From: Candidatus Pacearchaeota archaeon
Lineage (GTDB): Archaea; Nanobdellota; Nanobdellia; Pacearchaeales; GW2011-AR1
Length of the DNA: 64,000 nt
NCBI GenBank assembly: GCA_018303945.1
Contig: JAGVXD010000019.1
Coordinates: 2,975 to 66,974, forward strand
Direction: 5' to 3'
The notes beneath the pieces were generated by a model. The model made no database searches. It was not told the DNA's origin and saw only the letters and a list, made by a program, of their open reading frames with translations. Shown in pieces: positions 30,023 to 40,203 of this stretch (positions are counted from its first letter, which is position 1; the number at the start of each line of letters is the position of its first letter). The translations under genes and the position numbers were made by a program.

Positions 30023-30595
30023 TTACTTGCCCATTCTGCTCCAGGAACGTAAACTAGGTCTTACCTTTTGATTTGGACTTTTGCTTCTTAATCCACGGGA
30101 CTTTTTGCCGGCGCTCGTCAATCCTCTATGAGCGCGATTCTTATTTGTTGACGAAGAAATCCACGCTAAATTTGGGTCATTTAGTATCTCTGGTTTAGTT
30201 GGATCTATCATGATAATCTCATAAAAATAATACTTCCCATCTTTTGCAAGCAAATAAGAGTTTAATACTTCCAAATTATTGTAAGAGTTTGCCGCCCTTA
30301 ATTCTGCTACCCATCTGTAATTCATTTTCAATATTTTTCTGATATGCTGCTTTCTTGATTTCCTTCCGTGTTTATGCCTTGTACGCTTTCTTCCTCCCCT
30401 CTTGATTCTCACACGCAAGACTATAATCCCTGTTTTTGCTTTGTACCCTAATGAACGGGCCCTGTCAAGTCTTAATGGTTTATCCACTCTTACAACTGAA
30501 TTGCCCTCTCTCCATGCTATAAGTCTCTCCTGAAGCATTTCCCGAGTTGGCTTCTTCCAGGACTGCCGAATGTAATGATACGCTCCTAATGCCAT
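30023..30595 (-). CDS. rpl15e: 50S ribosomal protein L15e
   Basis: RLDRARSLGYKAK, EVLNSY, RGLTSAGKKSRGL. Confidence 0.97.
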   Translation of the reverse strand: MALGAYHYIRQSWKKPTREMLQERLIAWREGNSVVRVDKPLRLDRARSLGYKAKTGIIVLRVRIKRGGRKRTRHKHGRKSRKQHIRKILKMNYRWVAELRAANSYNNLEVLNSYLLAKDGKYYFYEIIMIDPTKPEILNDPNLAWISSSTNKNRAHRGLTSAGKKSRGLRSKSPNQKVRPSLRSWSRMGK

Positions 30596-30626
30596 TTCTC
30601 TTGATACAAAAACTGCTTTTTAAACC

Positions 30627-31334
30627 TTATTGCCTGGCAAACTTCCACAAAAGCTCGAAATACTTTCTGTACCCTTCGCTTATTTCCTTGTTTTTTATAA
30701 CAATTGCTAATGGATTTTCCTTGCTCCAAAGTACAAGAGCAACTTTATCCCCATATATATTAACTGCAAGCGGGGAATGGTATTTTTCAGGAAGGAATCG
30801 CACTTCAGAATAAGGAATATTTGGGAGAGTGCGCTGCTTATTAAAAATGATGCGCGCCCTTATCTTACTTTTCGCTCTTCTCTTGTCAAAACACTTGAAG
30901 TAAAATCTTAAGATATCATAAGCAAGAGGGGAAGCTCCTAAAACAAGAATCTCCTTTTTAGTAGAAATCTGGTCCTCAAATACGGTTTTCAATCCATTTC
31001 TGCCTTTATAAAAATTAGTTTCCTCTTTCTCCTTAGTCTTTGTAAAAAGCTCCATCATTCTTGGCAGAGCTTCAGAAACATACTTCTCCTTCTCTCTCAA
31101 CAATTCAACAACTCTCTCCGGACTTACTGCCTGGAAAAGCTTGACATTATTCTCCAGAATATAACCTATTAGCCCTTTTTGTATGAGCATCTCTACAGTA
31201 TCATATACGACTCTTCTGTGTAGCCCTGATTTTCTGGATATTATGCCTGCATGGCTCGGTCCCATTTCAAGCAAGGTCGTATAAACCTTAGCTTCATTTT
31301 CAGTCAAACCCGCTTCTTTTAGCTGTTCCTTCAT
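30627..31334 (-). CDS. TrmB family transcriptional regulator
   Basis: GLTENEAKVY HTH and C-terminal IYGDKV domain. Confidence 0.9.
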   Translation of the reverse strand: MKEQLKEAGLTENEAKVYTTLLEMGPSHAGIISRKSGLHRRVVYDTVEMLIQKGLIGYILENNVKLFQAVSPERVVELLREKEKYVSEALPRMMELFTKTKEKEETNFYKGRNGLKTVFEDQISTKKEILVLGASPLAYDILRFYFKCFDKRRAKSKIRARIIFNKQRTLPNIPYSEVRFLPEKYHSPLAVNIYGDKVALVLWSKENPLAIVIKNKEISEGYRKYFELLWKFARQ

Positions 31335-31447
31335 AATTAAATCAACCTTAGTTTGCTTATATATATTGTGGTGAGTGAAATCACCTCAAAATTTCAAATA
31401 CTGTTATATCATTATTATATTAAGAAATGTAAGGAGGAAAAAACAAA

Positions 31448-31927
31448 ATGGAAAGCGAAATAATACAGCTTATTGCAAGAGACAGGTTAGAAATACCATT
31501 GTCCAGTATGTACCAGAAGGTAAAAAGAGTAAAAAAGAAAGATGCTGGCAATCTGGCAGAAAAGCTTGGCAGTGCACAGTTTGCAGGAGAAAGAACATAT
31601 GCTTTCGTAGAAAGCGAAGACAAAGAACGAGCGCGTGGTATGAAAGAAGCTATTGCAGAGTTTGCACAGGAATTTCCAAAATATGGCCAAATACTGATTG
31701 GCAAAATAGCCGAAAGGAGAGTTATTGCAGAAGAGCACCTGTACTTCGGGGTAAACCCAGGATGCAGACTGACAACTGATGACTATATAACTGCATTGCA
31801 AAGCACAGGCTTATCAGAGAAAGTGTCAAGAGAACTTTATCCTGATTTGATTAAAGTAAGCAGGAAACTTGCAAAGGCTAGCGAAGAGAAAAGAAGCGTA
31901 ATAGTAGGCAAATATGCCCAGGATTAA
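31448..31927 (+). CDS. hypothetical protein
   Basis: 159 aa ORF with AGGAGG SD. Confidence 0.75.
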   Translation: MESEIIQLIARDRLEIPLSSMYQKVKRVKKKDAGNLAEKLGSAQFAGERTYAFVESEDKERARGMKEAIAEFAQEFPKYGQILIGKIAERRVIAEEHLYFGVNPGCRLTTDDYITALQSTGLSEKVSRELYPDLIKVSRKLAKASEEKRSVIVGKYAQD

Positions 31928-32111
31928 CGCTAAGAATTTTTATTTTTTATTTTTTTAAATTATAAGGATAAGGAAAGGAGATAATTATCTTACGTAGATA
32001 CGAGGGTTAAACTAGATAAGTTATAGTATACATATTAGAAATTATATGCTCTATGCTGACAACTATAGATTATCTTAAATGCAAAGGGCACTAATAGTTT
32101 TATCTAGGATG

Positions 32112-32546
32112 CTATGGGGGAGAACTCCAAACTAAGTCTGAAAGGGGGACTAGGTTGCTAAGAAAATCGCCACCATACTGGCTTACAAGGCATTGTTCAA
32201 CAGATGGCTTAGCACGTTCATTTATACGATAAATATCGGTATTCAGCATATTTCCTTCTTGATAAATCAATCTAACACCTTGGGCAAGTTGTATTGCATT
32301 ATCAAATCCGCTTGTTCTTTCAAGAAGAGAAGTTCCATCGCCCGCAGAATAGCCTTTAAACATTCTTTCCAAATTATGCCTATCGGCAACTCTTTTCAGT
32401 CTTTCTTTGAAATCATTTGATTTAAAAGATGGTCTTCCAGGCTTAAGTATAATGAGGCCGAGAACAAGAGAGCTACAAGATATTTCCTCATTTGGCCTCT
32501 GCATAGTCGCTGTTTCATCAATTTGAGCCATAGTGGTAAATAACAT
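32112..32546 (-). CDS. hypothetical protein
   Basis: 144 aa ORF with upstream TATA-like box. Confidence 0.6.
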   Translation of the reverse strand: MLFTTMAQIDETATMQRPNEEISCSSLVLGLIILKPGRPSFKSNDFKERLKRVADRHNLERMFKGYSAGDGTSLLERTSGFDNAIQLAQGVRLIYQEGNMLNTDIYRINERAKPSVEQCLVSQYGGDFLSNLVPLSDLVWSSPP

Positions 32547-32733
32547 AATTAGTTTATAACTATTTGTATGATTTATAAAAATAAAGAATTGTTAGCTTGG
32601 ATATGATGGCCATTTTCAAGGCTTATAAAAGTATAAAGGATTTATTTCCGACTGGTTGGTTGAGAAGTACGGCTGATATCTGCTTACATCAGCAGATTTT
32701 TATACCTGTTTTATATTGATGGAATGAGGCAAC

Positions 32734-34584
32734 ATGGTAAAAATAAACAAAAGAAAATTTTATGTAACAACACCGATATATTATCCTAATGATATTCCAC
32801 ATATAGGGCACGCATATACAACTATAGCGGCAGATATACTGGCAAGATGGTATAAATTAAAAGAATATGACTTATTTTTTCTTACTGGAACAGATGAACA
32901 CGGTAAAAAAATGGAGCAAACAGCAGAAAAAGCAAAACGTAAGCCAAAAACATTTGTTGATGGACTCATACCAGAATTTAAGAATGCCTGGCAAAAGCTT
33001 AATGTAAAATATGACCGATTTATAAGAACAACAGATTCAGACCACGAGCAAGTTGTGCAGGTAATTCTGTCAGAAGTCCATAAAAATGGAGATATATATG
33101 AAGGATACTACGAAGGATATTATTGCACCGCTTGTGAAGCATACTATACAGAAAAAGATCTGATAAAAGATTGCTGCCCTATTCATAAAACTAAAATAGA
33201 AAAGCTAAAAGAAGAATCATATTTCTTTAAGCTAAGTAAATATCAAAAGATTTTGCTCGATTTATATGAGAAAAACCCTGACTTTATCTCTCCAAGATAC
33301 AGAAGTAATGAAATAATCAACAGAGTAAAAGAAGGCCTGCAGGATCTTTCAATTTCAAGAACATCTTTTTCATGGGGCATCCCCCTCCCATTTGACAAGA
33401 AGCACGTCTGTTACGTCTGGTTTGATGCTCTGATTAATTACCTGAGTGGTATAGGTTATCTTGAAAAAAGCAAACAATTTAAGAAATACTGGCCTGCTGA
33501 TGTACACCTTGTTGGAAAAGACATTCTCTGGTTTCACGCAGTTATATGGCCTGCAATACTCCTTTCTCTAAAATTACCTCTCCCAAGAAAAATATTTGCC
33601 CATGGATGGTGGACAATTAATGGCGAAAAAATGAGCAAGACATCAGGAAATGTTATAAACATAGAAAAGCTCATAAGCTTTGCAGGAGTAGATTCAGCAC
33701 GCTATTTCCTATTTAGAGAGACGCCATTCGGAAACGATGGTGACTTTTCGGAGTCTGCTTTAATAAAGAGGCACAATACTGAACTCGCAGACAAATTAGG
33801 GAATCTTGTTACGCGTGTCTCTACTTTGGCAGAAAAGTACGGATTAGAGAAAATAAAATCTTCAAAATCATTAGACTCATCAAAAACTATAAATAAAACT
33901 GTGAAATACATTGAAAACTATGAATTTGACAAAGCACTCAATGAAATCTTCGCATTTATAGATAAATGCAATGAATATATCCAAGATAAAAAACCATGGG
34001 AAAGTCACGATAAAAAAGTTATTTATGAATTGTCAAATGGAATAAAAAGCATATCTATATTGCTCTCCCCCTTTATGCCAGAAACTGCAGATAAAATTGC
34101 AAAGAATTTCAATTTTGAAATCTCTTTAAAATCCTTGGGAACTTCCCTGCAAGTGGTAAAGATTAAAAAGTCAGATATACTATTTAAAAAGATGGAAGAA
34201 ACAACGACAGTAAATAAAAAGCAATCTTCACCTCATGCTCAAGCTAAGCAAGAAAATAAAATCCCCTATGAAGACTTTGTAAAATTAGATTTAAGAGTGG
34301 GAAAGATTATAAAAGTTGAAGACCATCCTCAGGCTGACAAACTCTATGTCCTGACTGTTGATTTGGGAGAAGAAAAACCAAGGACTATTATTGCTGGTTT
34401 AAGATTAAAATATAAAAAAGAGGACTTGAATGGAAAATTAGGTATATTTGTGGCAAACCTAGAGCCGGCAAAGCTTAGAGGAATTGAAAGCGATGGCATG
34501 ATTCTGGCCGCGGGTGACAACTATGACTCCATTGTAATCCTTAAACCTGAAAAAGAAGTGAAGCCTGGAAGCAAGATTAGATGA
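32734..34584 (+). CDS. metG: methionyl-tRNA synthetase
   Basis: HIGH, KMSKT, C-terminal Trbp111-like domain. Confidence 0.96.
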   Translation: MVKINKRKFYVTTPIYYPNDIPHIGHAYTTIAADILARWYKLKEYDLFFLTGTDEHGKKMEQTAEKAKRKPKTFVDGLIPEFKNAWQKLNVKYDRFIRTTDSDHEQVVQVILSEVHKNGDIYEGYYEGYYCTACEAYYTEKDLIKDCCPIHKTKIEKLKEESYFFKLSKYQKILLDLYEKNPDFISPRYRSNEIINRVKEGLQDLSISRTSFSWGIPLPFDKKHVCYVWFDALINYLSGIGYLEKSKQFKKYWPADVHLVGKDILWFHAVIWPAILLSLKLPLPRKIFAHGWWTINGEKMSKTSGNVINIEKLISFAGVDSARYFLFRETPFGNDGDFSESALIKRHNTELADKLGNLVTRVSTLAEKYGLEKIKSSKSLDSSKTINKTVKYIENYEFDKALNEIFAFIDKCNEYIQDKKPWESHDKKVIYELSNGIKSISILLSPFMPETADKIAKNFNFEISLKSLGTSLQVVKIKKSDILFKKMEETTTVNKKQSSPHAQAKQENKIPYEDFVKLDLRVGKIIKVEDHPQADKLYVLTVDLGEEKPRTIIAGLRLKYKKEDLNGKLGIFVANLEPAKLRGIESDGMILAAGDNYDSIVILKPEKEVKPGSKIR

Positions 34585-34588
34585 AAAC

Positions 34589-34969
34589 TTAATTGTGATT
34601 TGCTCTATCAAGAGAAGCTCTACCCAGTTGAAGTCGGCGTTCGGAAAGGCGAGTGTTGAATTCATGTAGTGCTTGAGCAAATTCTTGATCCTCTGCTTTA
34701 TTAATTAGTTCATCAAGCCTGCTCTCTGGATGATTTAATGGGTTGACCAAAAAGCGACAATATTTTTTTATGGTAGAAACTGATTTACTAATCATGGGCT
34801 TGATTGCAGCATATACTGCAAATTCTCTAAACTGGTAAAGTCCAATCTTTGCGGAGCTGTTAGCAAAATAGAAGCCGACCAAATTTGCAAGAGGCTCTTC
34901 AGATAATCCATATTCATTGTACAATTTTCTGCAGAGAAAATCCTGCATAACACTTGACCAGTCGTTCAA
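34589..34969 (-). CDS. hypothetical protein
   Basis: 126 aa ORF with GGAG upstream. Confidence 0.5.
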   Translation of the reverse strand: MNDWSSVMQDFLCRKLYNEYGLSEEPLANLVGFYFANSSAKIGLYQFREFAVYAAIKPMISKSVSTIKKYCRFLVNPLNHPESRLDELINKAEDQEFAQALHEFNTRLSERRLQLGRASLDRANHN

Positions 34970-35127
34970 TAAACTTCTCTCCTTTGCCGATACTTTTATT
35001 TTTGCTTCCTTTCGAGAGCACTTATACCTGATTGTGCTCTCGGTTAATCAAGCTACACATTGTAAATATAAATACTTATCCATGTCCAAGCTAGAATTGA
35101 GGACTGGCATCTTTCCAGATTAGAAAA

Positions 35128-35773
35128 TTACCTCCCTAGTAGTCTTTCCCACAAAGAAACATTCTCGCGATAATTTCCATTGCCTATTATTCTGGCCGCT
35201 ATAAGACGGTATGCCTTTGCTGCCTTGCTCTTTGGATGAGTATGAATAAGTGCATCTTTCATAACCAAAGCAGACTGCACAGCTGAATCTTCAGGAATAA
35301 CACCCAGAATGGGAAGCTCAAGCATATCACGTACATTAGCGATGGGCATTTCAGTTCTTGTACCTCTTACGCGAGTAACAATTACTCCCCTGACTTCTTT
35401 TCCCATTTCCTCAATTACCTTGCTAGTTTTCAACGCGTCAGTAACTGCGGGAATCTCTGGATTAGTAACTATAATAAGCTCATCGCCAGCCTCAATTGCA
35501 GCTATAGCTTCCTCTCCAAGTCCGGCAGCAGAATCATAAATAATATAGTCTGCCATTTTTCTTAACTTCTTTCCAACTTCTTTGAGCTTTGAATGATTGA
35601 GGCGCTTCAGCTCTTTAACAGACAATGAACTGGGAATAATCTTAGTCCCGGACTCATGTTCATATATGGCATCTGCAATACGCGCTTTTCCCAACAAGAC
35701 ATGATTTAAGCTTACTGGAACAATAGGTGCCAACACCCCCTTTACCAGATGTTATTGTAATAAGTTTAGCCAT
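35128..35773 (-). pseudogene. minD: MinD-family ATPase with internal deletion and frameshift
   Basis: MAKLITITSGKGGVG joins out of frame to APIVPVSLNHVL; KTT and the following segment are missing. Confidence 0.75.
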
Positions 35774-35810
35774 GATTTTTAGTGCGATACCAACGACACA
35801 ATACAAAACT

Positions 35811-36257
35811 TTATTTAAGACTGCTTATAAACCTTTCTAGAAGAGAAGAATACTCCTTTAATTTATCCAAGTTGATATTGATAATCTCGCCATGATATGT
35901 GACTTTTAAATTTACTCCTTTCCTAAATTCATTCTCACGAACCTTTGGAAGAGTTTCTATATCTCTAAAAAGCTCATAAAGTCTTAGAGTCTCGCTTATT
36001 AAAGGGTCATCAGAGTAGACTTGCTTCAGCTGCACCAGCTTAGCGCGGGGTGCATCGGGTACAGCTTTCCATTTCTTCTTCTTCTTCGCCCTAGTTATCA
36101 AATGTTCCATGCCTAAATCTATCATGGTCCTCCACCTTAAAAGAAGGTTAATAATTACATCGCATGTCTTAGTATACTTAAGACTTACATAAAGAAGATG
36201 GTCAGCGCTAATCTTTTCTTTGATAATTTGCTCCATACCTAAACCACTCTTTGACAA
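35811..36257 (-). CDS. conserved hypothetical protein
   Basis: ADHLLYVSLKYTKT motif; upstream of minD. Confidence 0.75.
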   Translation of the reverse strand: MSKSGLGMEQIIKEKISADHLLYVSLKYTKTCDVIINLLLRWRTMIDLGMEHLITRAKKKKKWKAVPDAPRAKLVQLKQVYSDDPLISETLRLYELFRDIETLPKVRENEFRKGVNLKVTYHGEIININLDKLKEYSSLLERFISSLK

Positions 36258-36427
36258 TGAATATAGCTAAATCTTACCAGTATAAATAGTTTTCTAAGAG
36301 GCAGTATCTATTCCCAACGAGTAGTATCTGCTCTCTCTATAAGACTTTCAATCGTTCAGACTAAACGAACTTTCAGCACAATATATTTATTAAGATGGAA
36401 AGCCAGAAATAATTAAAGGAGAAATTA

Positions 36428-36715
36428 ATGAGCAATATATTTGAGATTGTAGATAAAACAGGAAGGAAAATTAGATTGACAAAGAAGCAATTTGAGCACG
36501 TCATCTGCCATAAAGGAATGGAAAATTATATAGAAGAAATTAAAGATACTCTGAAGAATCCTTTAGAGATTATCTCTCACGAGACAGGAGATTTATACGA
36601 CTATTACAACTACTAAAAAAATAGGAAGCAAAAATCAAAATATCTTCAAGTCGTAGTTAAATATTTAAACGGGCATGGCTTTGTACTCACAGCCTACTTT
36701 GTGAGGCATATGTGA
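36428..36715 (+). pseudogene. frameshifted RelE-like/DUF4258-type toxin
   Basis: A one-base shift near 36613 restores ...KYLQVVVKYLNGHGFVLTAYF; upstream of a DUF2283-like gene. Confidence 0.7.
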
Positions 36716-36719
36716 TAAT

Positions 36720-36953
36720 ATGACAAAAAATATGGAAATGCACTACGACGAAGAAGCAGACTATCTGGAGATTTTTGTAGGCGAACCTCGTGAGGATTAT
36801 GGAGAACATATCTCAAAAGATATTGTTATCTTTAAGTATGAAGACAACGGTCAATTATATGGGGTGGGTATCTTTAATTTCAAGAAAAGGGCATCTGATT
36901 TGAAAGACGTGCTCAGCAAACTTCCTGTTTCTATAAAGATAGAACCAAATTAA
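36720..36953 (+). CDS. DUF2283-like antitoxin
   Basis: MHYDEEADYLEI...GQLYGVGI pattern. Confidence 0.8.
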   Translation: MTKNMEMHYDEEADYLEIFVGEPREDYGEHISKDIVIFKYEDNGQLYGVGIFNFKKRASDLKDVLSKLPVSIKIEPN

Positions 36954-37039
36954 TTTCTTCTGTTTGTCAGTATAGAATGAAAATTACAGCGTCTATCGGT
37001 TCAAATTAAGAGAACATTTTAGGATAAAATGAATAAGCT

Positions 37040-37740
37040 GCCGTTTAGCAGTGATTAAGTGACCCTTTAGGGCAAGAGTGGGCTTCGAAAGACCCTCTTG
37101 TGTTTAGATTCGTTCTCAGCCGATTTCTCGCGTAATTGCTAAAACTATTAAGAGGTAACAAATAGAAAGATTTATAAAGAACGAATTTTGTAGATTTTTA
37201 TGCAAACAAACAGAGTATACGTGATTCCAGAAGCAAAAGTCGGCGACGAAAGAAAAACTGTCGTGATGAGAAGCCAATTTGGGGCAAGCCTTGCTTTAGG
37301 AATTTCAAAAGATGTAACTGCTGCTTATGAAGTGGAAGCTAGAAATTGTTCTCATCAAGAATTGTATACTGCAGTTACTAAGGTTGTAAAAAGAAGCAAG
37401 ATTACAGAGTTAGAGGCTTCTCTTCAAGAATTTTGCAATGTTTTTAGTATGTCGGTAACAAAATTAGTCCCAACACAAGCATAATCTTTCTATTATTTTA
37501 TTCATCAGCAATTTCGTTTAAGCAAGCGATTGTGCGTTAACGAAGTTCGCACCCAGCGGTTAAGCGGAGCAAGAAATAACAAGGCTGAGAATTGCAAGCC
37601 GAAAGGGGCAAGAGTTTACAGGCAATAATTAATTTGTTACTATGAAAACTCTGAAGGGAAAGGGGCTTGTTTGTCTAGGGGATTTGCAACCCGAGTGCAA
37701 CGAGGGCAAAGCAAAAGTTTGGTTAATCTATCAGGCTAAA
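37040..37740. mobile_element. fold-back cassette scaffold, copy 2
   Basis: Flanks homologous to 21478-22110 and 40204-40893; nested inverted repeats around the ORF. Confidence 0.7.
37200..37484 (+). CDS. cassette-borne hypothetical protein
   Basis: 94 aa ORF with its own TTTATAAA promoter box. Confidence 0.7.
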   Translation: MQTNRVYVIPEAKVGDERKTVVMRSQFGASLALGISKDVTAAYEVEARNCSHQELYTAVTKVVKRSKITELEASLQEFCNVFSMSVTKLVPTQA

Positions 37741-38028
37741 AGAACTTTCAAAGGCAATTATTATCTAAAAATTTTTTGAAAGTTACAAAAAATTATGCTT
37801 CTTACAAAAAGAACATTATTGGAAATAATGAATAATTTTCCTTTTAGCAGTGATTAGGCGAGTTGCTTGCAACCTCGAGCTAGCCACAAAGGCTCTCGAG
37901 TTACAAAATCTGTGCGAAATCTTTTCCTGAGTGTAATTTCTAAGCTATCTTTATTTAGTAAGAAGTTATTGGGTGGGAAATATTCACAGGGCGCGAGGTT
38001 TTTTCGTAAGGGGGCTGACTGTTTTCAG

Positions 38029-38280
38029 TTATTTCTCATAAATATTCTTTCTATGCCCTGCTTTTAAAATATGCAAAATTAGATTAGTTCTGTCAACGTC
38101 AATAATCAGCCTATAGTCTCCAACCCTTAGCTTAAATCCTTCAATATCTTCAAGATGCTCAAGGAAATGAAAAGGATTTAATTTGCATTGTTGTAGTTTG
38201 TCCCAAATTCTCTCTTTATCGTCTTTTTCTAGCTTATTGAGGAAATCAGTAGCTTTCTTATCAAATTTAAGTTGGTACAT
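38029..38280 (-). CDS. relE: RelE/ParE family toxin
   Basis: FKLRVGDYRLI and GHRKNIY motifs. Confidence 0.92.
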   Translation of the reverse strand: MYQLKFDKKATDFLNKLEKDDKERIWDKLQQCKLNPFHFLEHLEDIEGFKLRVGDYRLIIDVDRTNLILHILKAGHRKNIYEK

Positions 38281-38283
38281 CTT

Positions 38284-38520
38284 TTACAAGCCAAGAATCT
38301 TCTTAGCTTCATCTTCTGTATAGAACTCACCTTTCTTAATTCTTTCTCTTGCTTCTTTTATTTCAAGAATAGTTTTTTGGCTAAGCTTAGGCTCTTTTTC
38401 AGTCAATTTAGCCAAATAGATAAGTTTTCTAACCAATTCATCATAGCTTTCGCTTTTGTATTGCTTAAAATTATCAAGTTCCTGCTTTGTCGTTTGATTA
38501 AGTCTTATTGTTGTTTCCAT
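38284..38520 (-). CDS. antitoxin (RHH-type, RelE partner)
   Basis: METTIRL...ESYDELVRKLI...GEFYTEDEAKKILGL. Confidence 0.85.
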   Translation of the reverse strand: METTIRLNQTTKQELDNFKQYKSESYDELVRKLIYLAKLTEKEPKLSQKTILEIKEARERIKKGEFYTEDEAKKILGL

Positions 38521-38626
38521 ATACTATTGTATACATATGTAGATTTTATAAACCTTTTGATTAATCTTTTATTAGGGAGATTGTTTGGGGGGGCGGGTTT
38601 GCGAAATATTTATATATTCTTTTAAA

Positions 38627-39012
38627 CAACAAACTATAGGGTAAATAAGATACTTGGAGTTATTCTTTTAATCATAGGTTTTATAGGATTATTTTTCATA
38701 TATCAAGGCAATTCTTACATATTTATTGGAGTTATTCTTTTAATCATAGGTTTTATAGGATTATTTTTATTAGTTCGGGGTTCTGGTAGTAAGATTAAAG
38801 GTATTACTCTTTTAATTATTGGATTATTAGGAATGGGCTGGATAGGTCTAGGTTTGTTAATGGCGCAGGCTTTCGCGCAGGCTTTCTCTCCAATGTCTAC
38901 TCAAGAATATTTAGTTCCGGGACTATGGTTTTTATTGCCTTTAGCTATATTTATTTATGGTATAAAGTTATTATTATCTAAGCAAGACAGTATTCAAAAA
39001 CCCTCTCCCTAA
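38627..39012 (+). pseudogene. 5'-truncated membrane protein with 43-nt internal duplication
   Basis: Hydrophobic open frame without a start; 38654-38696 is identical to 38726-38768. Confidence 0.5.
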
Positions 39013-39115
39013 AATCTAACGCTTAAAGAGAAATCTGACATTCACATTAAACTTTCAAGCCAACAAAAAAACTCCTCAAGAGATGAGCCAAGTCTATTGG
39101 ATTGAGTTTGAGTTC

Positions 39116-39350
39116 CTATAGTCTTGGACTTAAATAACTGAACACATTATGCTTAAAGGACTGTTTCTTCCAATAATTCTGTAAGCTCTCTGACAACTCC
39201 TTTTACGAATTATGTGATATGTGGGTTACATTATCTCTCGTCTGTCTCCAGCATTCTTCAACAGGATTAAGGTCTGATGCTCCTGTAGGGAAGAACATAT
39301 AATCGATTTTGTTTTCTTTAAGCCAACTCATCACAAAATTATTTTTAATT
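39116..39350 (-). mobile_element. IS630-family transposase remnant
   Basis: WLKENKIDYMFFPTGASDLNPVEECW (DDE_3-like) with an in-frame stop. Confidence 0.75.
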
Positions 39351-39402
39351 TCATCTTCATAACTATCTCCCCTATACCCTGCATTAAGATATGCAAGAAG
39401 GA

Positions 39403-39840
39403 TTAAGAAACAAACTTATCTAAGCTAGTTGTTTTTATAACCCTAACAAAACTCTGCTTTTCAAAATGTTTGTCTTCGCTCCAAATCACTCCATCGCTGC
39501 CCAAACTCAAAGCTGCCGCAACAAAAGGGTAATCTTCTTCATCAATCGTTCTCATTAACTCCTTGGCTTTTATCTTTTGTTCAAGCATTTCTTTCCTAGA
39601 GATAAGTTTGATATGAGAGAACAATTTTGCCAATAACAAGATAAAATCTTCTTCGGTAATTTGTGCCTTTTCAATCATATAATCTTTGTATTTTATGATT
39701 TTATGAAAGGCAATTTCTGGAAAATAGAAATCCAGGCCAGAATTTTTTATAATGCTCCTAGTTTTAGAATTCTTCAATAGGGCAGATATTAAGATATTAA
39801 CATCTATAACTATCTTCACTTTAACCCAAGTCCTGAGCAA
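39403..39840 (-). CDS. PIN-domain (VapC-like) toxin
   Basis: IVIDVNILISAL, DEEDYPFVAAAL, IWSEDKHF. Confidence 0.9.
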   Translation of the reverse strand: MLRTWVKVKIVIDVNILISALLKNSKTRSIIKNSGLDFYFPEIAFHKIIKYKDYMIEKAQITEEDFILLLAKLFSHIKLISRKEMLEQKIKAKELMRTIDEEDYPFVAAALSLGSDGVIWSEDKHFEKQSFVRVIKTTSLDKFVS

Positions 39841-40039
39841 CTTCTCTTTTTATTTTACTGCTTATCTCCTCAATATCTTTTGCAGTTATTTTGCTTTTCT
39901 TTAACAGACTTTCCTCAATATCATTCTCTCTTATCTTGTTTTCAAATGCCTGCCTTGCTATCTCGCTCCAACGCATTTCTTTCATTGCCTTCATCCTCTC
40001 AAAGAGAGGTTCTGGTATGGATAAGGTCATGTTTGTCAT
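39821..40039 (-). CDS. RHH antitoxin (VapB-like)
   Basis: MTNMTLSIPE...WSEIARQA; overlaps the PIN gene. Confidence 0.85.
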   Translation of the reverse strand: MTNMTLSIPEPLFERMKAMKEMRWSEIARQAFENKIRENDIEESLLKKSKITAKDIEEISSKIKREVAQDLG

Positions 40040-40203
40040 ACTTAATTATGTGTAAACACATATTTAAACATTTCTACTTTTGATTCTGTTAACTTAAGGC
40101 CCCTCATAGGATCTATCTCTTTTATGCAACTCCAGAGGAATCGAGATACCTCAAGAATTTGCAATTCTTGATGACACCCAAGAACACAGGGTTCTTGGTG
40201 TTT

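Noticed and set aside
37040..37740. Scaffold as a group I/II intron with a homing ORF
   Set aside because: It interrupts no gene, I see no catalytic core motifs, and the cargo ORFs are not endonucleases or RTs; a structured ncRNA is not excluded.
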